Translations under genes and position numbers: made by a program
In this document: piece after piece, positions 1-8,147 of the stretch
How the letters are laid out: each line of letters opens with the position of its first letter
How positions within the stretch are numbered: position 1 is the stretch's first letter
IMG/VR virus record: IMGVR_UViG_3300025653_000030
Coordinates: 1-64,000 of that record
DNA: 64,000 nt
DNA from: a virus
Taxonomy: Duplodnaviria; Caudoviricetes
Direction: 5' to 3' (one strand)
The notes under the pieces: generated by a model
Database searches by the model: none
What the model saw: the letters and a program-made list of their open reading frames with translations, nothing else
Told to the model about the DNA's origin: nothing

Positions 1-30
1 TTAAAAAAAGGGAAAAAAAAGTGAGAAAAA

Positions 31-63
31 GCTTGGATATATGGAAATAATTTCGTATATTAG
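31..63 (+). promoter_or_regulatory. Early-type Bacteroidota sigma70-like promoter
   Basis: GCTTG-N20-TATATTAG; one of 13 copies with an invariant 20-nt spacer. Confidence 0.75.
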
Positions 64-81
64 TACTGTAATAATTGAGAT

Positions 82-177
82 ATGAATGATATAGTTTGGA
101 TTGATGGAGTTGGATACTGTAAAGAGGTTACAGTTAATGGTAATGTTAATGAGTATCACCCAATAAATAGTAAATAA
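82..177 (+). CDS. Small hypothetical protein (31 aa)
   Basis: ATG..TAA directly downstream of the promoter at 31-63; below the ORF-track cutoff. Confidence 0.4.
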   Translation: MNDIVWIDGVGYCKEVTVNGNVNEYHPINSK

Positions 178-178
178 T

Positions 179-397
179 ATGATGAATAAACTGAAAACAT
201 ATGGATTCTTAGCCCTAATAGGTGTAGGGTTTGGTGTATTAGCGTTTCTTTTACCGAAAGCTATTCACTTTTTCTTTCGAGGTTTCTTACTTTTATTAGA
301 AAATCCCCTTGAAGGCTTTGCTTTTTTCCTATTTTTAACCATATTCCTCTCAGTAGGGATATACTTTGATGGTAAGGATACCGAAAAAAGTTATTAA
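179..397 (+). CDS. Hypothetical membrane protein
   Basis: 72-aa ORF with two hydrophobic segments. Confidence 0.55.
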   Translation: MMNKLKTYGFLALIGVGFGVLAFLLPKAIHFFFRGFLLLLENPLEGFAFFLFLTIFLSVGIYFDGKDTEKSY

Positions 398-421
398 CAA
401 TCCAAAAAAAAGTGAAAAAAG

Positions 422-454
422 GCTTGGAAATGTGGGCTTTTTTTCGTATATTTA
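422..454 (+). promoter_or_regulatory. Early-type promoter driving the ORF-free 460-998 region
   Basis: GCTTG-N20-TATATTTA. Confidence 0.75.
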
Positions 455-459
455 CATAG

Positions 460-998
460 TAAATGAGTTTGTTGATTGAGAAAGTACTCTAAACAAGTTC
501 AGTTCTTTGAAATAGTACAAGAATCAGAGGGTAACTCCTCGACTTCCCTTTGGGTGGGAAGGTATCGCTTCTCTGTTGTGGAGATGAAAGTGGTTCGAAA
601 CACGAGATATTTCTTATAGTAGGTTCGATTCCTACCTATTTTACTAATGGCTTTGAGAGAAGCTTAAAACGATTGGGGTGGTGACTAAAGTGTCATGGAC
701 AAAGAAGTGAGGTAACTCGTAAGATTACCGATTGTAGCGAGAGTTCATTGATAAAGGTTATGACTGAGTTTAAGGTTATGTTAAGAGAGGTTACATTAAA
801 ATGTTTCATCTGGCCACCCCAACTTTAGTGATGGAGTAAGTCCTTATAGGTGATGAAAGATACTCGGGCATTCAAAGTCCACTCGGTTAGGGGTTTCCGA
901 GGAGGACTATAAAAAGGAGACCAACACACTCTCTCCTATCCTAAGTGTTCATCCGAACCACCCACCAAGAGCACGGTCTCGCTTGGTGGGTTTTTTTT
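460..998 (+). ncRNA. Candidate large structured non-coding RNA (~540 nt)
   Basis: Lies between a promoter and an intrinsic terminator, has no ORF of 60 aa or more, is GC-richer than its flanks and contains many helices (673-682/813-822, 684-690/823-829, 834-838/861-865, 876-880/904-908, 882-886/897-901), GTAA tetraloops and a T-arm. Confidence 0.65.
960..998 (+). terminator. Rho-independent terminator
   Basis: CCCACCAAG(961-969)/CTTGGTGGG(982-990) stem followed by T8. Confidence 0.9.
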
Positions 999-1036
999 GT
1001 CCCTATAACTCGTTGAGGTTGAGGTAGTTACATAAT

Positions 1037-1051
1037 ATGACAAATTGTCAT
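1037..1051. promoter_or_regulatory. Palindromic operator-like site ATGACA-AAT-TGTCAT
   Basis: The 13-bp core TGACAAATTGTCA is identical to the copy at 25534-25546. Confidence 0.5.
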
Positions 1052-1070
1052 GTAAAATAATCCTTAAAAA

Positions 1071-1103
1071 GCTTGTATATTTGAGCTTTTTTTTGTATCT
1101 TTA
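1071..1103 (+). promoter_or_regulatory. Early-type promoter
   Basis: GCTTG-N20-TATCTTTA. Confidence 0.65.
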
Positions 1104-1165
1104 AGGGCGGTCTGAGGGCGGGCTTATTGTTAAGAGAACGAGGTAGGAAAAATAATTAAGAAAAT

Positions 1166-1198
1166 GCTTGGATTTCTCATTTATTTTTAGTATATTAG
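1166..1198 (+). promoter_or_regulatory. Early-type promoter
   Basis: GCTTG-N20-TATATTAG; 24 bp identical to 20368-20391. Confidence 0.7.
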
Positions 1199-1216
1199 TC
1201 CTGTAAATTTGATGAT

Positions 1217-1402
1217 ATGATAAAATTAGATTCTGTTGGTTGTTATATTGATGAGGTTAGTGGTATGACTTATCCCACTAATCAAGATGGCACACCAGAT
1301 ATGAACAGTCCTGTATATGTAGAAGAATGTACTGATGAGTGGTTCTTACACTTATCACCCCTTGACAATGATGAGGTACAGACAATTAGATTAGAACTTT
1401 AA
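1217..1402 (+). CDS. Hypothetical protein
   Basis: 61-aa acidic ORF right after the promoter at 1166-1198. Confidence 0.6.
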   Translation: MIKLDSVGCYIDEVSGMTYPTNQDGTPDMNSPVYVEECTDEWFLHLSPLDNDEVQTIRLEL

Positions 1403-1450
1403 AAAAGATTTTCGGTACATGAGCTATTAATAGTATAAGCTCATATAGTA
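1401..1450 (+). repeat. Dispersed 50-bp intergenic repeat, copy 1
   Basis: 42/50 identical to 7647-7696 by manual alignment; contains a GAGCT/AGCTC hairpin. Confidence 0.75.
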
Positions 1451-1480
1451 CTACTAACTATAATATAAACTATACTATAT

Positions 1481-1735
1481 ATGAACAAACAATACAAACA
1501 CAGAAATTGTATCATAGCAGATACACCATCAGAAACATTTCCAGAAATGGTAACTATACTAAAGACACCTAAGATAAGGGGATACTTCCAAGATAGGAGA
1601 TACATAACCCTTGAAAAGTGTATCTTAGCTATAGAAACATTTGAATCGGAGAGACTGATTAATTCCAAAGAGAAGTATGTGAAGGCACAACTAAGTGATG
1701 TAGTTGTACTGGCTGAAAATGAAAACTTAGCCTAA
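1481..1735 (+). CDS. Hypothetical protein
   Basis: 84-aa ORF in gene-like orientation. Confidence 0.6.
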   Translation: MNKQYKHRNCIIADTPSETFPEMVTILKTPKIRGYFQDRRYITLEKCILAIETFESERLINSKEKYVKAQLSDVVVLAENENLA

Positions 1736-1998
1736 AGTTACCCACCCCCTAAAAGTGAGGGGGGTAGTTTCTTGTAACTGAGGGAAAAGTTTTTTTTGGT
1801 AAGGTGGCTCGGAGTGGTTTTTATATCGAGGTCAATTTTTTTCCCCATAGGAAAAAACACCCTTACCTACCCCTATGGGTAGACGAGTATATCAAAGAAA
1901 GAATAAAGAAAAGAATGAGCACCTCGAACTACCAGCTCATCCTAAAAGATAACATATTATCCATTAAGAGGGATTTTGGTGTTTAATAGATAATATAT

Positions 1999-2069
1999 GG
2001 GCAGTTGACCGAGTGGTGAGGTAGAGGATTGCAAATCCTTTTACATAGGTTCGAATCCTATACTGCCCT
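1999..2069 (+). tRNA. trnC: tRNA-Cys(GCA)
   Basis: GGGCAGT/ACTGCCC acceptor stem, anticodon arm GAGGA-TTGCAAA-TCCTT, T-loop GGTTCGAATCC. Confidence 0.93.
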
Positions 2070-2376
2070 CAAAGAGTACGAGGTTATGAATTTTTTTAAA
2101 AACTTGCTTGTATGGTTAAGGGTACTGATTATCAGAGTACCAAAGGAAATCTGGTATGGATTAAAACAGTTATATTATGATGAAAGACTTAGGTAAGATT
2201 ATTAGGGAGTTATTCAGGATGTTTAATAATCCCCTTACTAAATGGATTGTTACCTTATGGATTACCTTATATATGGCTTATTTGTTTTTTATTATGTCTT
2301 ATATTTAATCTTATACTACATGAGCTGATAGTATTATTGTTACAGGTACCGATTAAATCGAGGTTGGGAACTTTAT

Positions 2377-2784
2377 ATGATAATTAGACAAATCGAAAAA
2401 AAAGATATAGAATCTGTTTGGGAGTTGTTAAATCAACTGATGTTTGTGGATACCTCACGAACTGATTTAGAATTGGCTTGGAAGAAATTTAGAAATCACG
2501 GCCTTGTAGTAGAATACAAAAATAAGATTATCGGATTCGGATGTTTAGTTGTAGAATATAAAATCAGAGGATATACATCAGGCCATATAGAAGATGTAGT
2601 AATTGATGAAGAATGGAGAGGATATGGTGTTGGTGAGAAACTTATAAAAGCACTATGTGAGAAAGCAGAGGAATATCAATGTTATAGAGTTTCTTTGTTT
2701 TGTAGAGAAGAACTTGTTCCGTTTTACAACAAGAATGGGTTCGAAGTTAATAATGTTGTAATGAAAAAATTTTTTAATCAATGA
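2377..2784 (+). CDS. GNAT acetyltransferase, glucosamine-6-phosphate N-acetyltransferase (GNA1)-like
   Basis: GHIEDVVIDEEWRGYGVGEKLI (motif A) and LVPFYNKNGF (motif B). Confidence 0.85.
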   Translation: MIIRQIEKKDIESVWELLNQLMFVDTSRTDLELAWKKFRNHGLVVEYKNKIIGFGCLVVEYKIRGYTSGHIEDVVIDEEWRGYGVGEKLIKALCEKAEEYQCYRVSLFCREELVPFYNKNGFEVNNVVMKKFFNQ

Positions 2785-2987
2785 ATATAGTAATATTTTT
2801 AATAGGGTTTGTAATCTTTATATTATTTACCACAGGCCAAGTTAAAGAAAGAAGAACCGAAGAGATAGAGAATTGGAGAAAGAATTACTACGATAGATAC
2901 AACTTAGAAAGAAAGAAGAATCCTAAATACAAGAAAGGTTCTCAGAGTAGGTTGAAAAATTATAATTGGAAAAAAGAAGAAATATGA
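2781..2987 (+). CDS. Small membrane-anchored hypothetical protein
   Basis: N-terminal hydrophobic helix and basic tail; overlaps the upstream stop codon. Confidence 0.55.
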   Translation: MNIVIFLIGFVIFILFTTGQVKERRTEEIENWRKNYYDRYNLERKKNPKYKKGSQSRLKNYNWKKEEI

Positions 2988-3394
2988 AAAACAAGTTAGA
3001 TATTATAGATTGGTTCTTAGTTGTAGCATTAGGGTTTTACCTATTCATGGGTACTATGACTTCTTATGGACAAGAACTAAAAGGAATTACAATTGATAAA
3101 TCTGAGATTGTTACGATTACATTCGAAGATGGTTCAAGGGATAAACTTTACCAAAATACTGATGGTGGTGGAGTTGAGTTAGTTTATATCCCAAAGGGTG
3201 AGTTGAAACTTACACCAAAGGAATATGAGCGATTTGTTAAACTAATTAAAAAAGCTTCTAAAAGAACTAATTCAGAATACAAAGAAGATAAGTATATTAT
3301 CAACTCGTATTCTTGGTCTGATGATTCAGTATATTTTGTGAATAACAAAAATAACATCGGTGAGTTGTTTATAGAAGATATAGATAAATTATGA
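2984..3394 (+). CDS. Hypothetical secreted/membrane protein
   Basis: N-terminal TM or signal segment; ATG at 2984 overlapping the previous stop is preferred over 2966. Confidence 0.6.
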   Translation: MKNKLDIIDWFLVVALGFYLFMGTMTSYGQELKGITIDKSEIVTITFEDGSRDKLYQNTDGGGVELVYIPKGELKLTPKEYERFVKLIKKASKRTNSEYKEDKYIINSYSWSDDSVYFVNNKNNIGELFIEDIDKL

Positions 3395-3723
3395 AAAAAG
3401 AATATCAATCAATGTTTCCTTTATCAGAAGAAGAAAGAAGAATTGATGAAGCACATGGAATCAAAAGAAATCCATTATTAGGATTTATAATAGTAACACT
3501 CGGAACTGTATTGTTTTGGAGTTTTATTGCATTTATGATATTTGGATGTGAAGTAGAACCATACGAACCAGCTTGTGTTCAAGGTGAATATATCCATGGT
3601 CATTTATGTACCGAAGAATATGCACCAGTTTGTGCACCAGATGGTACAACATATGCAAATACTTGTTATGCCTTCAAAGATGGTTGGGAAACAAGATGTG
3701 TAACTGAGGGTGAGTGTGGCTAA
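3391..3723 (+). CDS. Membrane-anchored Kazal-type protease-inhibitor domain protein
   Basis: CTEEYAPVCAPDGTTYANTC matches the Kazal signature; a TM helix ending in a lipobox-like FMIFGC precedes it. Confidence 0.75.
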   Translation: MKKEYQSMFPLSEEERRIDEAHGIKRNPLLGFIIVTLGTVLFWSFIAFMIFGCEVEPYEPACVQGEYIHGHLCTEEYAPVCAPDGTTYANTCYAFKDGWETRCVTEGECG

Positions 3724-3727
3724 AACA

Positions 3728-4273
3728 ATGTATTTACCGATATCTGAAACCTGTTCTTCAGGTATCACCCTAAGAGAATTAGGTGTAAGAGAAGTTGCTT
3801 ATCCATTCGACTGGGCAGGTTTACCATATCAATCTATAGCTGATGCTATAGACAATGGGTTTGATGATGCATTTATTGATTATGAAAAAATATATGCAGA
3901 AAAATATGATTGTGTGATTTGGGAAAAGAAATACAATATGTTACTTATTCATGAACCAGATATGCGTGTTGAGCTTATAAAAGCCAGGTACAAAAGAAGG
4001 TACAAAAGAATGATTGAGGATTTAAAAAATTCAGATGAGGTTTTTTTAATACCAAGTTCTTTGAATGAAGAAACACCACACGAGTTTTGGAATACTCTTG
4101 GATTTGGATTTACAGAAAAAATCCCTACTCGTGAAGAACTAAATCTTGGTAATATAGAAAATGTTAAGGAAGCTATATTAAGAGTTAATCCTAATATAAA
4201 AATTACATTTCCTAAACAATACAACACATGGGATGATATAATGAAAGCCATCAGAAAACATAAGGAATGTTAA
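3728..4273 (+). CDS. DUF1796-like putative papain-like cysteine peptidase
   Basis: ISETCSSGITLRELG..AYPFDW and the RYKRRYKRM motif pattern; alternative GTG start at 3710. Confidence 0.6.
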   Translation: MYLPISETCSSGITLRELGVREVAYPFDWAGLPYQSIADAIDNGFDDAFIDYEKIYAEKYDCVIWEKKYNMLLIHEPDMRVELIKARYKRRYKRMIEDLKNSDEVFLIPSSLNEETPHEFWNTLGFGFTEKIPTREELNLGNIENVKEAILRVNPNIKITFPKQYNTWDDIMKAIRKHKEC

Positions 4274-4283
4274 ATTTTTTATA

Positions 4284-4508
4284 ATGTATAATAACGCAAC
4301 ATTTGTAGATAAAGAACAAATCAAGAATCTAACGAAAATAGATAATTGGTTAAATGAAAATAAATACTCATATGATGAAGAAACATTTTTATCAGTAAGA
4401 GAACTAATAACTAATATATTAGAAAGAGGATATTATTATGAATCAGAAGCTGAAGTACTTAATATGATTGCGAACGAATATAATCAATGGAAAAAGCAGA
4501 ACAAATAA
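4284..4508 (+). CDS. Hypothetical protein
   Basis: 74-aa ORF. Confidence 0.55.
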   Translation: MYNNATFVDKEQIKNLTKIDNWLNENKYSYDEETFLSVRELITNILERGYYYESEAEVLNMIANEYNQWKKQNK

Positions 4509-5143
4509 ACTATATCCAAAAAGGATGGGTTCATATTGAGAACTTTGTACCTGAATTTGTAGTTAAGGAACTAAGAGAAAGAGCTATAAAGTGGAGAAAT
4601 TGGGTAGAACCCAAAATTGGTACACCTTGTAAGTATGGAGGTCCTGTTCATTGGCAGGGTTTAGGTTGTGCTGGTATGTATGATGAGTACCTAATGGAGT
4701 TTTATAGACATGAAATTATGGAAGAATTAGCATCTGAACTCCTAAATACCAAAGATGTTTGGTTGTATAATGACCAAATTGTAGTAAAATTACCAAATGA
4801 TAACTTTAAATTTGAACCACATACTGATAATTCAGTTGGTGGTAATTCAAATGAAGGAAAAAATACTGTAAATATCTGTGTGATTCTTGATAATTTCACA
4901 GATGAGAATGGAACTTTAGAAATTTTTAACAAAGATGATGGTAAAAAAGTAAGAGTTTACCCAAAGGCAGGTGATGTAGTTGCAATACATGGGGATACAC
5001 CTCATCAATCAGAACCAAATAACACAGAAAAACCTCGTTGTTTATATGCTTGTGTTTACAGTAGTGAACAATTACACTTCCATAACTTCTATTCTGTACC
5101 ATTTTCAGAAAATCCAAGAAAGAGAAAAATAAGTTTTCTCTGA
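4487..5143 (+). CDS. Phytanoyl-CoA dioxygenase (PhyH)-family 2OG-Fe(II) oxygenase
   Basis: GWVHIENF start, HxD motif (PHTDN), distal His (PHQS) and Arg (KPRC). Confidence 0.85.
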   Translation: MEKAEQINYIQKGWVHIENFVPEFVVKELRERAIKWRNWVEPKIGTPCKYGGPVHWQGLGCAGMYDEYLMEFYRHEIMEELASELLNTKDVWLYNDQIVVKLPNDNFKFEPHTDNSVGGNSNEGKNTVNICVILDNFTDENGTLEIFNKDDGKKVRVYPKAGDVVAIHGDTPHQSEPNNTEKPRCLYACVYSSEQLHFHNFYSVPFSENPRKRKISFL

Positions 5144-5147
5144 TATT

Positions 5148-5155
5148 TATTTATA
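5148..5155 (+). promoter_or_regulatory. Late-type motif TATTTATA
   Basis: Immediately upstream of the ATG at 5157. Confidence 0.5.
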
Positions 5156-5156
5156 T

Positions 5157-5417
5157 ATGAGCCAAATTCAAGAAATTTTAGAAGGTTGGGGTAATGTAAT
5201 CAAAGACCAATTTAATGCAGTAGACCCTGCAACTAAAATGTTATCAAAAACTCGGTTGTTAGAATGTGAACCTTGTCCAATTAGACAGGGTAATGTATGT
5301 TCACCTTCAATCTATGGGTATCATATTAAAACTAATGAACGAAAAAATGGATGTGGTTGTAATATTTCGGCGAAAACTTTATCGCCTTCTTCTTCATGTC
5401 CGCTAGGTAAATGGTGA
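5157..5417 (+). CDS. Small Cys-rich (Zn-binding-like) protein
   Basis: CxxC..C..CGC..CPLGKW pattern. Confidence 0.65.
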   Translation: MSQIQEILEGWGNVIKDQFNAVDPATKMLSKTRLLECEPCPIRQGNVCSPSIYGYHIKTNERKNGCGCNISAKTLSPSSSCPLGKW

Positions 5418-6403
5418 AAAACATAGAATCAAAATTAGCGAGAACGGCATTTAACAGAAATTTAGAAAAATTAACTGAAAAGACAAATTCAAATCATTTT
5501 ACAGTTGTAACTTTTGAAAAATTTCATATTGTTACAGTTGCAAAAGTAATGAGTACTACTCTAAATACCTTGGCCGATGATAACAACCTACCTTGTTATG
5601 ATGTTAATGTATCTAAAGATACTTTAGAAATCAAAACTTTTACTTATCATGTTGGTTCTAAAAGAAGAGATGGTATAACAAATCATTTTAAAGAGGATTG
5701 GAAAAGCCAATTAGAAGGAAAATCTTCAAAAAGAGATTTTATTTTCCTTATGAGAAATCCTATTGACAGATTCGTTACAGGTTTCTTTGAAGATAATATG
5801 GTAAATTTACTAAACAGTTTTAACCATGGTGATAAATCGAGTACGGCATGGTGTAGAAGTTTCTTAGAATTGAAAAAATACAAACCTGAAGATATAGATT
5901 TGTTCTTAATGGCCATGAATGTTGATGGAATCTCTCCATGGAAACATATTGAAAATTTTAAAACAAGTTTGATTTACGATATGTACAAAGATATGGTTGA
6001 ATCTTTGATAAATTCGCATTTCGGAAATATACACACTAATGCTTTTTACTCACATCACACACGACCTTACCTTTTAACTTATTGTAAATTTTTGTGTAAC
6101 AAACAAATTGATGAATCAAAAGTAAAATTTTTAGATATAGGTAAAACAGATGTTATTGAATATATTAATGAAACTTATGCATCGAACTTATTAAACAGAA
6201 AAGGTAATAAGAGAGATAATATTATGAAAGATATTATAACAAACGGTTTCAAAAAACACATTATCACAATTATAAATTTACTATATGTAGATATAGAGGT
6301 GTATTCAATTCTATGTAAAGAAGCTGGATATGAACACGAAGTGGATAACTTAATTGGATTTTCCTTAAACAAATGGTACGAGAATCATGAAGGACTCATT
6401 TAA
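5411..6403 (+). CDS. Sulfotransferase family 2-like protein
   Basis: KVMSTTL (5'-PSB-like) and FIFLMRNPIDRFVTG (3'-PB-like). Confidence 0.6.
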   Translation: MVKNIESKLARTAFNRNLEKLTEKTNSNHFTVVTFEKFHIVTVAKVMSTTLNTLADDNNLPCYDVNVSKDTLEIKTFTYHVGSKRRDGITNHFKEDWKSQLEGKSSKRDFIFLMRNPIDRFVTGFFEDNMVNLLNSFNHGDKSSTAWCRSFLELKKYKPEDIDLFLMAMNVDGISPWKHIENFKTSLIYDMYKDMVESLINSHFGNIHTNAFYSHHTRPYLLTYCKFLCNKQIDESKVKFLDIGKTDVIEYINETYASNLLNRKGNKRDNIMKDIITNGFKKHIITIINLLYVDIEVYSILCKEAGYEHEVDNLIGFSLNKWYENHEGLI

Positions 6404-7604
6404 AATAAAAGATTACTGGTTCGAAAGGCATGGTAATGACCATATTAGGCCAGAATCATGGGAAGAAAGTAGATGGACTATTCACGAAGGTGATACCTGG
6501 TATTTAGTTAATGGGCCTAAATTAATGTCTTCATGGGCTCATGGTGCACATAAAAACTTTTGTGAAATAAGTTTTAGAACCTCAGATTTATCAATAGAAG
6601 AAGTTTATACAAACGAACATATGTTAGCTCAAGGTTCTAATTTTACTGAACCAGAAGCGGAAAAGTTTGCAAAAAGAGTTAGGGCAGATTGGGAAAAAAT
6701 GAGGAATGGTGAAAACTCTTCTAAAACATTTGTATTCGTAATGAGAAACCCTACACAAAAATTCTTATCAGGTCTAATTCAAGATACAATATCAAATTTT
6801 TATGAAGACCCTTGGAGAGCACATTTTAGTAATCCTGAGAATAAAGAGTTCAAAGAAGATTTTAATAGATTGATGTTTGAAAAAGGCCACTCATTAGATT
6901 TGATAGAAGAGTTTATGAACTCGGATATGAATGTAGATACTTGGTCACTCGACAGAAAATTTTTAGGTATCTATAAAGATGCACTTATGATACCAATTGA
7001 TTGGTATTTTGAATCACCAATTCCAGCATGGCGAACTCATATGAATATGGATATATTCATTCTTCATAAAATATTGTTCCATTCACAACATAGTAAAAAT
7101 AGAAACTTTAACAATCAGATGGTTCGTATAGTTGACATGGATAAAGAATGTGTCGGTACGGTTCTAAATAAGTTAAGTGGTAAAGAAGAAAAATATAAGT
7201 ATGGTGGTGAATATGGATTACAACCAGATAAGGTTACAGGAAAACCAGCTCAAGCAGGAGAATTTAATATCAGAGGTAAGTTAATGAAGTTTCTTATATT
7301 TGAAGGAATCTTTGCTAAAGAAGAATACCTCAACAAAATAAAATTTCTTCTTAGTGGTAGAGAGTATTGTTGGTTTGAAATAATGAATAAACTATATCCT
7401 TGGCATATGTACGATAAGGCTTTGGGTATAGAGAAGAAACCTTTTAATGCATATAAAGATACATATGGTATCACCGATTGGGAAAACTTTACTAATAGAG
7501 GTCGTAAACCCGAAGATTATATCGAAGCCGATATGTACGATGCCGAAACCTACACACATTTCTATAATTACTTTTATGGTGATTTAGATAAGTTTCTTAA
7601 ATAA
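6387..7604 (+). CDS. Sulfotransferase-like protein (divergent)
   Basis: GPKLMSSW and FVFVMRNPTQKFLSG motifs parallel the upstream gene. Confidence 0.5.
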   Translation: MKDSFKIKDYWFERHGNDHIRPESWEESRWTIHEGDTWYLVNGPKLMSSWAHGAHKNFCEISFRTSDLSIEEVYTNEHMLAQGSNFTEPEAEKFAKRVRADWEKMRNGENSSKTFVFVMRNPTQKFLSGLIQDTISNFYEDPWRAHFSNPENKEFKEDFNRLMFEKGHSLDLIEEFMNSDMNVDTWSLDRKFLGIYKDALMIPIDWYFESPIPAWRTHMNMDIFILHKILFHSQHSKNRNFNNQMVRIVDMDKECVGTVLNKLSGKEEKYKYGGEYGLQPDKVTGKPAQAGEFNIRGKLMKFLIFEGIFAKEEYLNKIKFLLSGREYCWFEIMNKLYPWHMYDKALGIEKKPFNAYKDTYGITDWENFTNRGRKPEDYIEADMYDAETYTHFYNYFYGDLDKFLK

Positions 7605-7605
7605 A

Positions 7606-7638
7606 GCTTGGATATCCCAAAAAATTTCCTTATATTTG
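7606..7638 (+). promoter_or_regulatory. Early-type promoter
   Basis: GCTTG-N20-TATATTTG, a perfect TAnnTTTG. Confidence 0.8.
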
Positions 7639-7646
7639 TATAATAA

Positions 7647-7696
7647 AAAAAAGATTGTTGGTACATGAAGTAATCATAGTATTAGCTCACATAGTA
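7647..7696 (+). repeat. Dispersed 50-bp intergenic repeat, copy 2
   Basis: 42/50 identical to 1401-1450. Confidence 0.75.
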
Positions 7697-7698
7697 AT

Positions 7699-7965
7699 AT
7701 GGATGAAATTTATACATACGATTTAGATGATAACGGTATAGAGAACATTAATCGTTTACAAAGATGGTTAATAGAGACTATGGATGATAGGGATATGTGG
7801 TTTAGATTACAAGAGATTAAAAGAAAAGGCCATTATACTACAATAGAAAAGATTCGTATGAACAACCTTATTATTAAATACAATATACAAAAGGGCCATT
7901 ATCCCACCTCATCCTTATGGGAAGAGAAGTTTGATTACGAGCCATATATCGATAGCGTATTATAA
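7699..7965 (+). CDS. Hypothetical protein
   Basis: 88-aa ORF after the promoter. Confidence 0.6.
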   Translation: MDEIYTYDLDDNGIENINRLQRWLIETMDDRDMWFRLQEIKRKGHYTTIEKIRMNNLIIKYNIQKGHYPTSSLWEEKFDYEPYIDSVL

Positions 7966-8147
7966 AAAAAGATTACAACCTCGTACTCTCAAACGAGCAT
8001 TAAGGGGCTTTACCCCACTACTTATATAAAAGGGGGAGTTCCAAAAAACGACCCCAAAAAAAGTTCGGTAAGTATTATAATAAAGATAATGTATAATATT
8101 AAAGAACGGAGACAAATAATAACTATTATAACTATATACAGACGATA

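Noticed and set aside
509-998. tmRNA (one-piece or permuted)
   Set aside because: The acceptor stem has A3-U70 rather than the alanine determinant G3-U70, there is no GGGG(C) 5' end, and no second acceptor strand follows the T-arm as a permuted gene would need.
460-998. Group I/II intron, hammerhead ribozyme or RNase P RNA
   Set aside because: There are no flanking exons, no P7/S or domain V consensus and no CUGAUGA..GAAA core. GAGTAAGTCC only loosely resembles RNase P CR-I and its CR-V partner is missing.
1804-1986. 60-aa GTG-start ORF
   Set aside because: It overlaps hairpin and T-tract sequence with atypical composition and has no recognisable motif; not supported as a gene.
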